Source: Eledone cirrhosa (taxonomy: Eukaryota). Taken from it: a stretch of DNA of 64,000 nucleotides. The stretch spans positions 33,356,001 through 33,420,000 of the forward strand of contig OZ024746.1 of assembly GCA_964016885.1 (NCBI GenBank). The letters run 5' to 3'. Every line of letters starts with the position of its first letter. Position 1 is the stretch's first letter. Of this stretch, positions 1-13,362 are shown piece after piece. The position numbers and the translations under genes were made by a program. The notes beneath the pieces were generated by a model. That model was not told the DNA's origin. It did not search any database and saw only the letters and a program-made list of their open reading frames with translations.

Positions 1-344
1 CAACAAAAACAATTAACAATACAATAGAAAAAGTAGAATTCCCTAATAGGGGTGATATTAGGAACCTACCAAATCCTCACCCAATCTCATCTTTTAGAGC
101 ATCCTGGGAAGGTGCCCCTCTCTCTCCTTTAATCTTTACAGCCTACAGGCGCATGTTCAGACTAGGCGATCCTATTCACACGGGCGATCCTAGCAACAAT
201 CACCTACATTTTTACAAATGTACTTTGAGCAACAATTCCTTCTCCACCCTCACTTTCCTTTCTAAGTGTAACTTGAAAAAGTTGATGAGCGATTGGTTGA
301 AGAGAAAGGTGTTTGTCTTCAGGCCTTTCATCCAAGTCCAGCAC

Positions 345-992
345 ATACTAGGCAGAGGAAAAATATTTTGGGAAGAGGCAGTTAATAAAATTGATAAAAT
401 CCACTCCAGTGCTCTACAGATACTTTATTTTATTGACCGCGCAAGGATGAAATGCAAAGTTAACCTAGGCAGGATTTGAACTAAGAACGCAAAGGGCCGT
501 AACTATATGCCACGAAGCATTTTGTCCGACGCTCTACCAATACTGTTAATCCACCGCTTTTTTTTTGTATTATAATAATTGTCGTTATTTTAGGCACAAG
601 GCCAATAAACAATATTTGGGGGAGGGGGAAGTCGATAAAATCGACCCCAGTACTTACTAAAGCTTTATCAACCCCGGAAGGATAAAAGGCAAAGCAAACC
701 TCGGCGCGATTTGAACTCAGAACGTATAGGGCGGTAACTCTATGCTGAAAAGCAGGATGTACGACGCTCTACTGATACTGTCAATTCACCCCAATTTTCG
801 CTATTATAATAATTGTTTCTACTTTTGGCACAAGGCCAGCAATTATCCCAGTGTATTACTGGTACTTTATTTTATCGACCCCGTAAGGATGAAAGGAAAA
901 GTTAGCCTCGGCGGGATTTGAACTCAGAATGGCAAGGGCCGTAACTCTATGCTTGGCGTCCGACTTTCTACCGATACTGCCAATCCACTGCG
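345..992 (-). mobile_element. Three tandem head-to-tail tRNA-derived SINEs (Octopus OK/OR-like): ~345-557, ~572-791, ~807-992
   Basis: Each copy has ggatgaaaggcaaagttaacctcggcgggatttgaactcagaa (minus strand gives B-box GAGTTCAAATCC), a head ggcggtggattggcagtatcggtagag (A-box-like) and a tail tgtgccaaaagtagaaacaattattat. Family name recalled from memory, not searched. Confidence 0.85.
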
Positions 993-1687
993 ACAGTCTG
1001 AAATATACTAATATCCCACCTAATGGTATAGTACATACAGAACGTGTGTAAGTAAAGCATTTTAAGTACGCTGCGAATCTGGAGGTATAAAAAAGTACCA
1101 GTCCAGTACAGAGGTCAATTCTTCCTCCATAGAAAAAACTCGGCTGTGTTCAAACCTGGAGAGGATTAGGCTCCGCCAGATTTAAAAGTGTCCAAGACAC
1201 ACCGTATTACGGTGCCTCTATGACTCCACAAGGAGTTATGGGATCTTTATCCTTTTTATCCTTTAAATATGAAAAAAGACAGGATTAATATACTAAATAT
1301 ATATAGCAATAACAGAGAGAATGGCTAACATACATTCCCATATTGAAAGCATATTCCTTCGTGAACAACTTTGATTCTTTTCGCTGTTTTATTTCATATT
1401 CAGATATTCACTTTAGCAATCCAAATGTTCACTATACTTTTCAAATTTTGTTAACATTTCTCATGTTTCCTCTTTCTTATTTTATTTCTTCGTTTTCCAT
1501 TGTATCTTTATACTTTCTCTCTCTCCGTCTCTCTCCCCCTCTCTCTCTTTCTATCTTTCCTTTTTTTAAGTTTTGTTTTCACCATACGTCATCTCCATTA
1601 TTCTAACTAATATTAGATTTGGTCAGTGGTGGAGGACTGCCAAATAAAAAGAACACAAAATATTATCAATAAGATAAATACCAAGAA

Positions 1688-1689
<2 letters not shown>

Positions 1690-1748
<59 letters not shown>

Positions 1749-1928
1749 TCTCTCTCTCTCTATGTATGTATATATATATTGTGTTTGCGCACACCAGCGC
1801 GCGCGCACACACACACACATATATATGTATATATGTGCGTGTGTGTGTTCGGGGGGGGGGGGGCATTGGTATGTACACACACACATATCATATATATATA
1901 TATATATATATATATACGTATATATATA

Positions 1929-1984
<56 letters not shown>

Positions 1985-2090
1985 GTATATGTGAACATAT
2001 ATATGTATATTATACATGCGTGTATGTGTGCGCACACATATATTTACATTCCTGCATATGTGTCGATCTGTGTGTGAGTGTGTGATCATG
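1690..2090. repeat. Compound microsatellite (CT)n/(CA)n/(TA)n
   Basis: Directly visible; representative of dozens of similar tracts in the window. Confidence 0.95.
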
Positions 2091-2797
2091 ACATATGTCT
2101 GAGATTTATTTTGGCAATACCAACACCGTTTATAAGATTAATAACGGTTGAGTGAAACTGCAAACCAGCACAACAATTGGCTCAGATCAAACACAGCCTA
2201 TGTTAGTGTTTATAGAAAGAAAAGAGCAGGCGGGTGAGAGTCATGTTAGACATAAGTAGTGGAATAAGATATTTTAATGAGAAGGTGAAGTCAAATGTAA
2301 TGATTTATTTTACTCTTTTTATTTTCTCGTGTAAACTTCCCACAAGCTTATTCCGTATTACAGTTTCATTTCCCTTTTCAAATCATGCCATTTAATTTAA
2401 CGTGGAAATCACTCGAATTAATATCTCGTCATTTTAAATGTAAGTTTTGATATTTGTTATACTGGCGAGAATGTTGTGTGAATATAGCAAATGTCATAAT
2501 CAAAATGTAAAATGTTAAGTATTTGCTAGTGAGCCAAATGTTTATGGCTAAGCCATAAGAAATTTGAAAACGTACGGTCTTATTTAAACCAAACGCCTTA
2601 TAAGGACATGGTTCATAACCACATAAATAATTATTGTAAACAATGTGGGCTCTGGTGACCAAAATCTGGAATATGCCTTTTGGGATTAGAGTTCAGCGCA
2701 AATCTGTTGGTCAGCATATGACGAATGAATTCCTCCAGTTCAGTAAGTTTTTGGTCAAGGCGGACACCACACACACATATATGTGTGTGTATCTCAT

Positions 2798-2887
<90 letters not shown>

Positions 2888-3533
2888 TATATGGAAATGA
2901 GACACTCACACATAAACATAGGTATGTGTGTGTGTGGTTTCTGCCTTGACCAGTTTTGTTCAATGACCGAAAGAGTTAAAGTAATGAAAATAATTAAAAT
3001 AGTCAATTAATCAGATCTATTTAGCAAATGAAAATGCGAGGAAATATTAGCCAAGAATATAATTATTTCCTCTTCAAAGTCCCGACTGTAGTTTCGCCTA
3101 TTGTCTTGCAGCATTCCTGCACTAGAAACCTGCACCATCGCCGTGTCACTATCAACAGTTGGGAGGGAGTACCAGAAAGGAAACTACAGACAAAAATATG
3201 AACATTTCTCCCTATGTATATATGTAAAAGCAAACTTTTCCCCATATTTTTTATTGCTTATATCAATATGCAATTTAATTGCATTATGCACGTCGTGTGA
3301 AAAAGCGTATAAGCTGAAAACGGTACAAATAATGCGGAAATTCCTATTTTGTAAATAAATGTTTTCAGAGAAAATCCCTTCAGCATTTTCTACTGTTTTT
3401 TCTTTTTTACTATATATATATATATAAAATATTAAACAAATAATGAATAAACAATTCCTTATATTAAACAAAAAAAGTTCATTATTTAACGATCGTTTCT
3501 AGGATATATATGTAAACTCTTGGTAGATTTATC

Positions 3534-3604
<71 letters not shown>

Positions 3605-5249
3605 GTGTGTGTGTATGTGTGTGTGTCTATCTGTATACGGATAAATGTTTGAATAAATGTACGGATAAATGTTTGAATCTACCACAGAAGAGAGTTAAAC
3701 GTCCAACAACTTTCAAAGCTATAGTTTGCCAAACGCTTTTATCGAAGGTCTTAAACATACACCAATGCCTGCGGTCATAGCTCAAAGGGAAATTTAGAGT
3801 ATGAATTAAAGAAATCGAAATAGACAATTATTATTTCAACATCTAAGTAATAAAATGGAAAAACGATAAAACTTTTCCTTTCTATGTTAACCAAACGAAA
3901 ACGATTTGTCCAAGCTGAGAAAATCAATATATTTACATACAGAAACCACGAAATTTTCAACTTAACATCATACAATTTAAATTATATTTAAGTTGTTTAT
4001 TGTATATCACTTATTACCAAACTTTATCCTGATTACATTCTAGGCCTCTTATTTAACTTTATAAACTTTATATATATATACATACATATATACACATATA
4101 GATACAAACACACACACGCACACACACACATACACATATACCAGTTACAAACGTTACGATGTTCTTAAGGATCAACTTGATCATTCGAGCCGTCCAGATG
4201 AAAATGAACCGCTTATTTGGGCAGTAAAAGCTACAAAGCTTATTTAAAAGGATGAAAAATAAAAAAAGTAAGGGAGGAGGGTCAAACATATGCTAAAATA
4301 ATAATTAATACTTATGAGGGAACGAGAACAAAACCGACAGGTTAAGAAAGATATATATTGCGGATGTCATTTCTTCAAAAGATACTTAAAAACATGAGAA
4401 CCAGTCGAGAAGACCTCCGTACGTTCGTTAAATGGTTTGTGGAGATTATTCAATATCTACCAATTCTCATCATTGCATAATATGAGGCCCATTTATATAT
4501 GGCCGAGATTTCTCTAGTATCTTCTATCTGATGGAGATGCCAATATTCTTGACTTTCAGTTGCCATATTTTATTTGCCAAATGTATGTGTTTGATTTATT
4601 TGGGTATTTGGAGGTCGTTTCGTGATTGATGTAGCCGTGTTAAACCGGCTCTCTGAGACGAAACGGCATTCAAATACTCAAAGAAAAGAAACACCACAAA
4701 TTTGAGAAATAAAATATGCCAACTCAAAGACAGTAACATTGACGACGCCATGAAGGCCTGAAGATTATGTAATGATGAGAAATAGTAGATATTCAATAAA
4801 TAATTTCTTCAACAATAGAAATGGTCTCTGTAATATCGATTTATATCTTTCTTAACCTATCCATTTTTGTCTAGCACACTTATAGTTTTTAGCTTGACTC
4901 TCTTTATTTCATTCTTTTTCGCCCTCTGAGTAAATACTTTCCAATTCATTGTCATCAGCTCGGGTTGAACAAGCTGGTCCTTATGACCAACTTAGCGTAC
5001 GCACCTGGTATGACACGGTTGTAGCAACGGGTATTAATAATTATATTCAAACTCGCTTTTCGAATTGGAGTTGCTGAATATGTTGGGTGTTTCACATAAC
5101 TATTATTAAGATATATATCAAGTAAGTATGTTTTGAAACAGCAAGCGAGTTTGAAAATAGAAATAGAAGCTTTCGCCGTATCTTTGACTAAAGCACTTTT
5201 AGCCTGATAGTAGGATTTAGAACCCTCTAAGAAATGGAAAAAGATGAGC

Positions 5250-5320
5250 ATTGACGTACATGGGAGTCGAACCCACATCTTTGGTTAACCAAACCACTGT
5301 GCTACCATTACACCAACACA
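5250..5320 (-). pseudogene. tRNA-like SINE head or tRNA pseudogene
   Basis: Minus strand tgttggtgtaatggtagcacagtggtttggttaaccaaagatgtgggttcgactcccatg has A-box TGGTGTAATGG and B-box GGTTCGACTCC; cloverleaf imperfect. Confidence 0.45.
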
Positions 5321-8300
5321 TTATATATATATATATACATACATACTTATGTATGTGTGTGTGCGTGTGGGTGTGTCTGTGTATATGAATATAGATATGC
5401 ATAGATATATAAGACAAAGTTAGCTGCATATTTAGATCGTTGCTTTCCTTGCTTGTGTGGCATTTCTAGTATTAGGGTGATATTAATTTTTAATGATAGC
5501 GCAACACATTGGAAAGAGGCACTTGAGATGCTATCAAAAGAAAGAAAGAATAGGAATTGGTGTCTTTTCAGAAAAAAATAAATTTCGACTTGAAATATAT
5601 AGACATCGCACTTGTAAAATGTGCAAAACATACATTCTTACATACACACAGACAAACATACATACAGACAAGCAGACATACATACATATTAGTAACCCTT
5701 ACGTATCACGACGCTCTGCCGTGGCTACTGTATACACATGAAAGTGATTTATAGATATTTCAGTTTATACCAAACACAAACTAGAATTTAACTGGAAAGG
5801 CTAGTTTAATTTGCATATTATTGCATATATTTGGCCGCATAAGTATTTAAGTAATAAATGTTTATGCACAGCATTGTATATATTAGAATATGCTAGATAA
5901 ATTTAATCTGTGTGTCTATAGATTTATATTTTGGTACACGTTGTTAGGAGCAGCCATCTAGGTTTTAAACAGAGGAAGGAAATTGCGTAGTAGGCTTACA
6001 TAGATGAGGGAAACAATTATGAATCCTCACACATATTCTTTTTCACTGTAATGAAATTAATTTTGAATTATCCTCATACCAACATTATATTAACGATAGT
6101 TTTTCCAATATGGAATATGCTGTGACTAAATATTCATTAGATAGATATTTATTCCAGAAAATACAGATTATGCAAATTGACCCTCTCATTTTAATTAAAT
6201 CTGGATTGGGTTTAACATAACCATGCTTCTTCACCGACCTAGCTTTGAATCATTTCTAGGGAAACTCTCTCTTTTTCTCTAAGCAAGCAGTGTGTAACAA
6301 AGTGTGCATTGTCGCTCTTTATATTTTCATGCTAAACAATAAATGCGCTCATGCAACCACATCTTTCAGGGCTGTTAACTATGATGTTTCCTGCTGCAAC
6401 AAAAATTTACATGAGACATTTTATAGCAACACACACATGCTCATTTACTATAACACTATTGTGTTAATGTCTTCGATCGGGAAGTTCGTTTGGAAGAAAA
6501 TATTCCTTTCTTGATTACTAGGGTGCCCCCCAAACATAGAGAACATGGAGTTTGGTTTACGTATGAGTCAATTGCAATTTTGTTTATTTGAGAATGTTTA
6601 ACGAAACGGTGAATCCTGTATTTTTTATGCAAATGCTCCCGAATGACATGTGGTAAAAATGCACGAGAAAGCAGGCTACAAAATTAGTGTTTAATGAAAT
6701 TAAAATACAGCAATACTTGTTTCAACAAATTGTGGTGATAACGGAGGAAAGATAATTAGAAAAAAATAATCAGCAGATGGTTAATTTAAGTACTTATGGT
6801 AAAGGCTGCGATAATTACTGTTGATTACGACCGGTATGTGGGACGAAATCTAGTTTTGATTAAATTTCGCGCGACAACCAGTCGATGACTTGTTGAACAT
6901 GTATCTGGTCAGCATTGGCACCATTCAATTTCGTAAACGAATCTGATTCTTTTGCACAATTGAAACGAGTTTCTTTGCATTTGTTTCAGAAATTCATTTA
7001 GTTTTAGCTGCGTAACATAATTTAATGGAACTATTTGTGATTTCGCCATACAGTCGAGCAAGGGGTTTCTACAATGTTAAGGATATAATCGTTTGTTGCT
7101 GTCGGCTGATTGACATTCCACTAATGAACTGGTAATACGACCGTATTTTCAAATTATTCGTCTGAAATATTTCAGAACGCTAACCTTTTCAATGTTTTAA
7201 TTGGTTCAAAACATGTGATGCCAAATTTTGAATGCCCAGTGGTTTATATATTAAATACATGCTGTGCTCTTAATGGATAGAGATGTTTGGACCAATCATT
7301 AAATGGACAAATCCTTCTGGACTCTTATCAATATTTCAATTATATTTATTCATGCCAAATCAACTAACGGAAATACCTAGAACGGGTGAATAAGAAAGAC
7401 CCACATTTTATCGCGAACTATCCGACACAGACAATATATATTCGTTGCCATGTTCCAGAACGTTTTGTCAATTCACTATATTTTATCGGATCTATATATT
7501 CACTATCTGATCTATATATAATTGTATTTTCTGCATCCATTTCTATCTATAATTCATTTGTTTTATTTCAGCCATGCCACATTAGCATCAATACAGTTTA
7601 ATAAATATCGCATTTAATTATATTTCGGGAATGTGACTGGTAAACAATAAATTATTATGATAATTGATTGCATTTCCTTCCTTTGTATATTCTTATAGAT
7701 GTTTGACTTTAATATTTTTTCGGCCAAATTTTATCGGCGTATAGTTTGATTCCAAAAATATTTATATCAGCCTTTAATTTCTTCAATGAAATCCGCTATT
7801 GTATGAAGAATTTCAACAAAGATTTGATGAAATTCAAATCCAGATAAAATAGGATTTTTATGACTGTTGTCCAAGTCATACCCTCCCGACTCGTAAGTTG
7901 ATTAGGCATCTGTATTTGTGTGTTGCTTTAACATTTCATATAGTTCAGTATATTTATATGAAACTCATAAAGGTACCAAATACTACAGTTGTTCACATAT
8001 ACTTACCAGCTAATCGATGTCTAAAGATGAATGATTGTGCAAATTGAATTTTAGGCGCGTCTTTGCTGCAAGATTTATGAATATACACCCGGCTTATTTT
8101 CCCATTAGTTCGTCTTGGGCTGAGGTATATGAAAAATGTGCTTGCTCCTTTTCAATTATCTTCCGTGACTTCCTCACTATCTCATGGATGCTTCGTAAAG
8201 CAAAATCTGAAAGAAATATTATATTTGGCTGGGTTATTTTTCATAGCATTTGTCTAAATGCCTTTCTGTCTATGATATATTACGAACCCATTCTTCAGAG

Positions 8301-9404
8301 TGTCTCTGAATATATTAATTGCCTCCATTTTTCAAGTGTTCGCTAGTATCGTTTTTATTGTTTGACCCAGACATCAGATATCCTATAGCGCTGCCAATAC
8401 AAATTTACAATTCTATTTAAAACAACACTATTTTTGTCTCATCTCACCACACCCTAAGCATTTCCAACTCACTCACCCCAACATTTATATAATAATCATC
8501 CTTTCCCACAAACACAGCGCTAGCTTATACAGCCATTTCTTCACGTAAACAACGTTTTTCGAAAAGGAGAATACTTGCTAGCTATTAAGCGGGATATATA
8601 GATCATATATTTCTGCGTGTGTGAAGGAGGGGAGGGGAAGGGACCAGTTCTTTAAGGGAAACGAAAGTAATTTGTTTTGACACCGCTTCTTCGCTGGAAA
8701 TGGCCAGCTCGTAAAATTACTCTCCCGAAGCGCATAAAGAAAGTATACGTTAGCGAAAACAGGTGTTTAAATAGAAAATAACATCATCAGGTATACCAAA
8801 CTCACAGCGTATATAACGGAATAAATACTTGTCCATATGATCCCCGGCCGACAGGCATATGACATATCTGACGATATCCATAGACACAGTACATAGGAAT
8901 GACTAAGTCAATATTATATGGGATATCTCCAGCCAACTGGCTAACTGGCAAAGTTAGCTCACACAAGATTGGAAAATAAATAACATGGAAACTGATAGAA
9001 ATCACGAACCCTTATGGCCAATATATTGCGCAAAAGGTATAGCAAAATCTCCAAAAATTCAAGGTTCTTAAGCTCGCAGTGAAGGATGTGGGGTATGAAT
9101 ATACTATCAGATCTACTGATTATTGAAGGACAAGGTAAGATATGACTGAAGAAACAAACCACACAGAGTTTCACAAAATTACACAAATGTATTAACCGCA
9201 ATCAATTTAACCTGAAACACTAAAATCGCCACGGACAACGCACACGTTATACAATAAACATTACATAATAAATCGCAACTCATATTAAACATACACTAAA
9301 TAATAGTTCTGATATTAACCCACGTATGAAACGGCAAGCTAGAGCCAATAAAAACAAAAAACAAAAACAAAAAACAAAACAAGACTATAATTCCACTCAC
9401 GTAT

Positions 9405-9645
9405 AATAATTGTTTCTACTTTTGGCACAAGGCCAGCAATTATTCAATGCATTACTGGTACTTTATTTAATCGAGCCCGTAAGGATGAAAGGTGGAATTT
9501 CAACTCCGAATGGCAAGGGTCGTAACTCTACGCGTCAAGGCATGGCGTCCAACCCTCTACTGATACTGCCAATCCACGTATAATACTTGTTTGTCACAAG
9601 GCCAGCAATAACCCAGTGCATTACTGGTACTTTATTTCATCGAAA
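9405..9645 (-). mobile_element. tRNA-derived SINE plus partial tandem second copy
   Basis: Same tail, actggtactttattt body and gatactgccaatccac head as 807-992; second tail fragment at 9580-9645. Confidence 0.8.
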
Positions 9646-9729
9646 ATAAGAACACATTTGTGTACGTCATTTCACGAATATATAGTTGCACGTTGTGATG
9701 CAATACAAATCGTGTGAAACTATTGAAAT

Positions 9730-9763
9730 ACTACTACTACCAAACTCAACAACAACAACAACA

Positions 9764-9830
<67 letters not shown>
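9730..9830. repeat. (ACA)n/(CTA)n trinucleotide microsatellite
   Basis: Direct. Confidence 0.95.
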
Positions 9831-10639
9831 GTACATTCGAAAATTGATACTGTAGATAATTTGGTGATAAATACACAGTTTTAAAAATACTGAATATACA
9901 GCTGTCAAGGTTATTTGACCATATAATATTATTGGTGACCACCTATATTAGAGATAATGAAGCCTGCATATGGAGCCTTTAATGGAAAGAATCCCAATCA
10001 AGATAAATAGATTTAGAATAATTCAAAGCGTGAATACATTTAGAATGATTCAAAGATTATTATATGGACGTAACTGGAATATGTACCACCTACATGAAAT
10101 ATAATTCCTCACATATTACGGAGAATATTTTAAATAACATAACAAAAACAAAGCAATATATTTACACAAGCTACAACGAACAGCGTTGTGTAGTGCATTA
10201 AATACATAAAATAAATTAAGAGAAATGAAAATATTAACAATATTAATAATAAAATTATAACAGCTACGTGATAAATTTCGAAAAAAAACCTTTCTTTCAC
10301 AAATGAGTTGCATAATAAATTACAAGAAAATTTCCATATCACTAGGATCAAAAGATATCCGGTTTTAGATATATATCAGTGCAGGTACGTGCATGAGTAA
10401 ATGGGCGCACATGCAAACACACGCACGAAAGCACACATGCACACGGACATTATCTATCTACGTCAATGTCAATCTATCTCCACCTTTGTCTTTCTCTTTC
10501 TTTCTATCGCTTGTCTAATCTCCCTTTATATGTATGTGTGTGTATATACATATTTATATGTATATATACATATGTATATGTATACGTATATGTGTGTATG
10601 TATGTATATATGTATATATACATACATACATACATACAA

Positions 10640-10736
<97 letters not shown>

Positions 10737-10890
10737 TATATATATATAACCAAAATTAGTAAGTTTCATTGATTACTCAATGAATACAATTTTACAATAG
10801 ATCAGAAGCACTCAAAAGAAGGTTTTCCTGGAGTTTTTAATATTCAAAATATTAACAAATGTAAAATATTCTCATAATCAAAATATATAC

Positions 10891-10950
10891 TTTATTATAT
10901 ATATTTCAAAGGTACTGTGTTGTTTTTTCAGTACGTCCTCATCAGACAAA
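10891..10950 (-). ncRNA. Type I hammerhead ribozyme
   Basis: Minus: tttgt CTGATGA ggacgtactg-loop-cagtaccttt GAAA tatata TA ataaa; stem I tttgt/ataaa, AUA triplet. Confidence 0.75.
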
Positions 10951-11062
10951 ATATATGATTTGATATATGACATACCGCTACGGTATTGAATAATATATAT
11001 ATATATATATATATTAGTGAAAAAGAACAAAGGAACTATTATGACATTATAACAAGTTTATT

Positions 11063-11107
11063 GCCGACAGCCGTTTCGTCCGACCCCATGGTGGGACTTA
11101 TCAAGGC
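11063..11107 (-). ncRNA. Type I hammerhead ribozyme, U3-A8 core variant
   Basis: Minus: gcc TTGATAA gtcc-caccatggggtc-ggac GAAA cggctg TC ggc; GUC triplet. Confidence 0.75.
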
Positions 11108-11230
11108 ATATGTATATATACATACATACATACATACAAACACACACACAGAGCTTAACTAGCTACCGTCACATATTTGGTAAGTAAGACGTGATCATCG
11201 CGATTCACATACGTCCTACCATACATCTTA

Positions 11231-11284
<54 letters not shown>

Positions 11285-11287
<3 letters not shown>

Positions 11288-11478
11288 AGAGTCAGAACCC
11301 CGACGGCTGAGCTCCGGCCGTTTCGACATAGATCCGAACCGTTCGGATCTAGCTGTCGAAACGGCCGGACCTCAGCCGTCGGGGTTATTACTCTTTTTCT
11401 ATTACCCAATCTACTACCCTAAGTAGTGAGTACTCTGGTGCGTTATGGTCCACCTGGTTTTTTACCACACTTTCTTAT
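11285..11478 (+). mobile_element. PLE-derived short module (family E) with 5' fold-back hairpin containing an HHR 3' half
   Basis: Hairpin ~11288-11395 with GAAA-cggc..gccg-TC-ggggt; tail ctaccctaagtagtgagtactctggtgcgttatggtccacctgg shared with 27371-27570 and 22085-22140; flanked by (TA)n/(CA)n. Confidence 0.7.
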
Positions 11479-11566
<88 letters not shown>

Positions 11567-11630
11567 CCAGTGAGTTGCCTTACTCCGGAGTGGTATTACA
11601 GCTGCACACTCACAGTGTCATTAGATAATA

Positions 11631-11678
11631 CTTGTCTGATGACTTGTCAGTGCCCAGCTGAAACTCCAGAGTAACAAG
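11631..11678 (+). ncRNA. Type I hammerhead ribozyme
   Basis: cttgt CTGATGA cttgtcagtgcccagct GAAA ctc-ca-gag TA acaag; perfect stems I and III, GUA triplet, stem II degraded. Confidence 0.7.
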
Positions 11679-11848
11679 ACTCACGATTAGCTATAACAAA
11701 TGAATATTTATACTGGAAATCTATTCAGAGTAGTACTCGTTCCTTTTGTCCTCCAACCACATAATGTATACACACACACGCACACACACAGACACACAGA
11801 CACACAGACTCGCACACACACACATCACACACACATATATATATATAA

Positions 11849-11929
<81 letters not shown>

Positions 11930-11969
11930 GATATTAATAAATGGAAACTATATTTATAAAACCATATTT

Positions 11970-12032
11970 ATTTCATTATACATATTTCAGGGAGACCAAA
12001 TTAAATTATGGTGTGCCTTCATCAGACAAAAT
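11970..12032 (-). ncRNA. Type I hammerhead ribozyme (inverted copy of 12128-12190)
   Basis: Reverse complement of the 12128 motif with about two substitutions in stem II. Confidence 0.75.
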
Positions 12033-12127
12033 ACATATATAACAGTTTATCCGGATGGCTTCCAAAAACAATGGTTGCATTTTAATAGGGTACGTCAAAG
12101 CTTATTTGTAAAACTGTTATATATTGT

Positions 12128-12190
12128 ATTTTGTCTGATGAAGGCATACCATAATTTAATTTGGTATCCCTGAAATATGTATAATGAAAT
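12128..12190 (+). ncRNA. Type I hammerhead ribozyme
   Basis: attttgt CTGATGA aggcatacca-loop-tggtatccct GAAA tatgta TA atgaaat; AUA triplet; same family as 10891. Confidence 0.75.
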
Positions 12191-12319
12191 AAATATGGTT
12201 TTATAAATATAGTTTCCATTTATTAATATCGTGTCTCTACTCCAAATACTTGTCGAGTGCTTTATATCAGTTATAAAAATATTTACTTGTTGTATCCCAA
12301 CAATTTTAAATAGAACTTT

Positions 12320-12395
<76 letters not shown>

Positions 12396-12560
12396 GTTAG
12401 AAAGTGAAAAACTCAAAATATTACTACTCCATTACCAAAGGTTTCTGGATCCCACACCATAATTATATCCGTTATATTATGTATTGTTCACTTTCTAATT
12501 AAATACCTCTGTTCTATACATAGAACACTCTTTTTTCCTTTGCTTTTCCTTCGGAATTAC

Positions 12561-12597
<37 letters not shown>

Positions 12598-12626
12598 GTA
12601 ACCCTAACATATATATATATATATAC

Positions 12627-12693
<67 letters not shown>

Positions 12694-12722
12694 TGTAATA
12701 AAGAACATAAGATAATTATTTC

Positions 12723-12777
12723 ATTTACCAGTGGTTTCTTGCAGACAGATGTTGTGTCTGTCTTCAGTCGTCAGAAT
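12723..12777 (-). ncRNA. Type I hammerhead ribozyme
   Basis: Minus: att CTGACGA ctgaagacaga-cacaaca-tctgtctgcaa GAAA cca-c-tgg TA aat; GUA triplet; between (TA)n tracts. Confidence 0.65.
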
Positions 12778-13362
12778 CTATATATATATATACTGCATCC
12801 TCAAAAGATGTATAAACACTTTGCTTACCCCTTTCAGGCAATATTTATTAGAATGCTGTTGAAGTGTGTATGCATTTTTGGGACACTCTTTGTCTGTCTC
12901 TCTATTTATATATGTATATATATATGTGTGTGTGTATGTGCGTGTGTGTGTATGTGTGTGTGGTGTGTGTGTGTATATATGTGAGTGTGTGCGGGAATGA
13001 TGATATATGTGCGTGTGCACATTCATGTTAGTGTGTGTTCAAGAATGAAGAACATCCACGTGTTAAGATGAATAAGATAACGTGGATAATTTTAGCGAAA
13101 AGATGTTTTTACAAGCATTAAGAGAATTTCGTAGACAAAAAAGTTACCTATGCTTATGTTTTACTCGAGATTACAATCTCCTCAGTATAATTTCTACCAA
13201 CCCCATTATCATAAATTTGTGTACCTTTAAACTTCATTTTTTCCATCATGTTTTTCAGGATTGACGGATATATATATAATTCTATAAGTTTTGATCGAGA
13301 AGGACATTCATACATAAAAGATCTCGTGTTTTTTAATGTGTATGTGTGTCTAGAGACAAATA

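Noticed and set aside
1623-2089. ORFs rich in YI/CV/TH/RE dipeptides, here and throughout the window
   Set aside because: Translations of (TA)n, (CA)n and (GA)n microsatellites, which lack stop codons.
6850-9150. Possible ancient LINE remnants (also 1-330, 17700-19500, 50950-52060, 63105-63530)
   Set aside because: Only faint motif hints such as AYRR, EITNPYG and EIYA; not assignable without profile searches.
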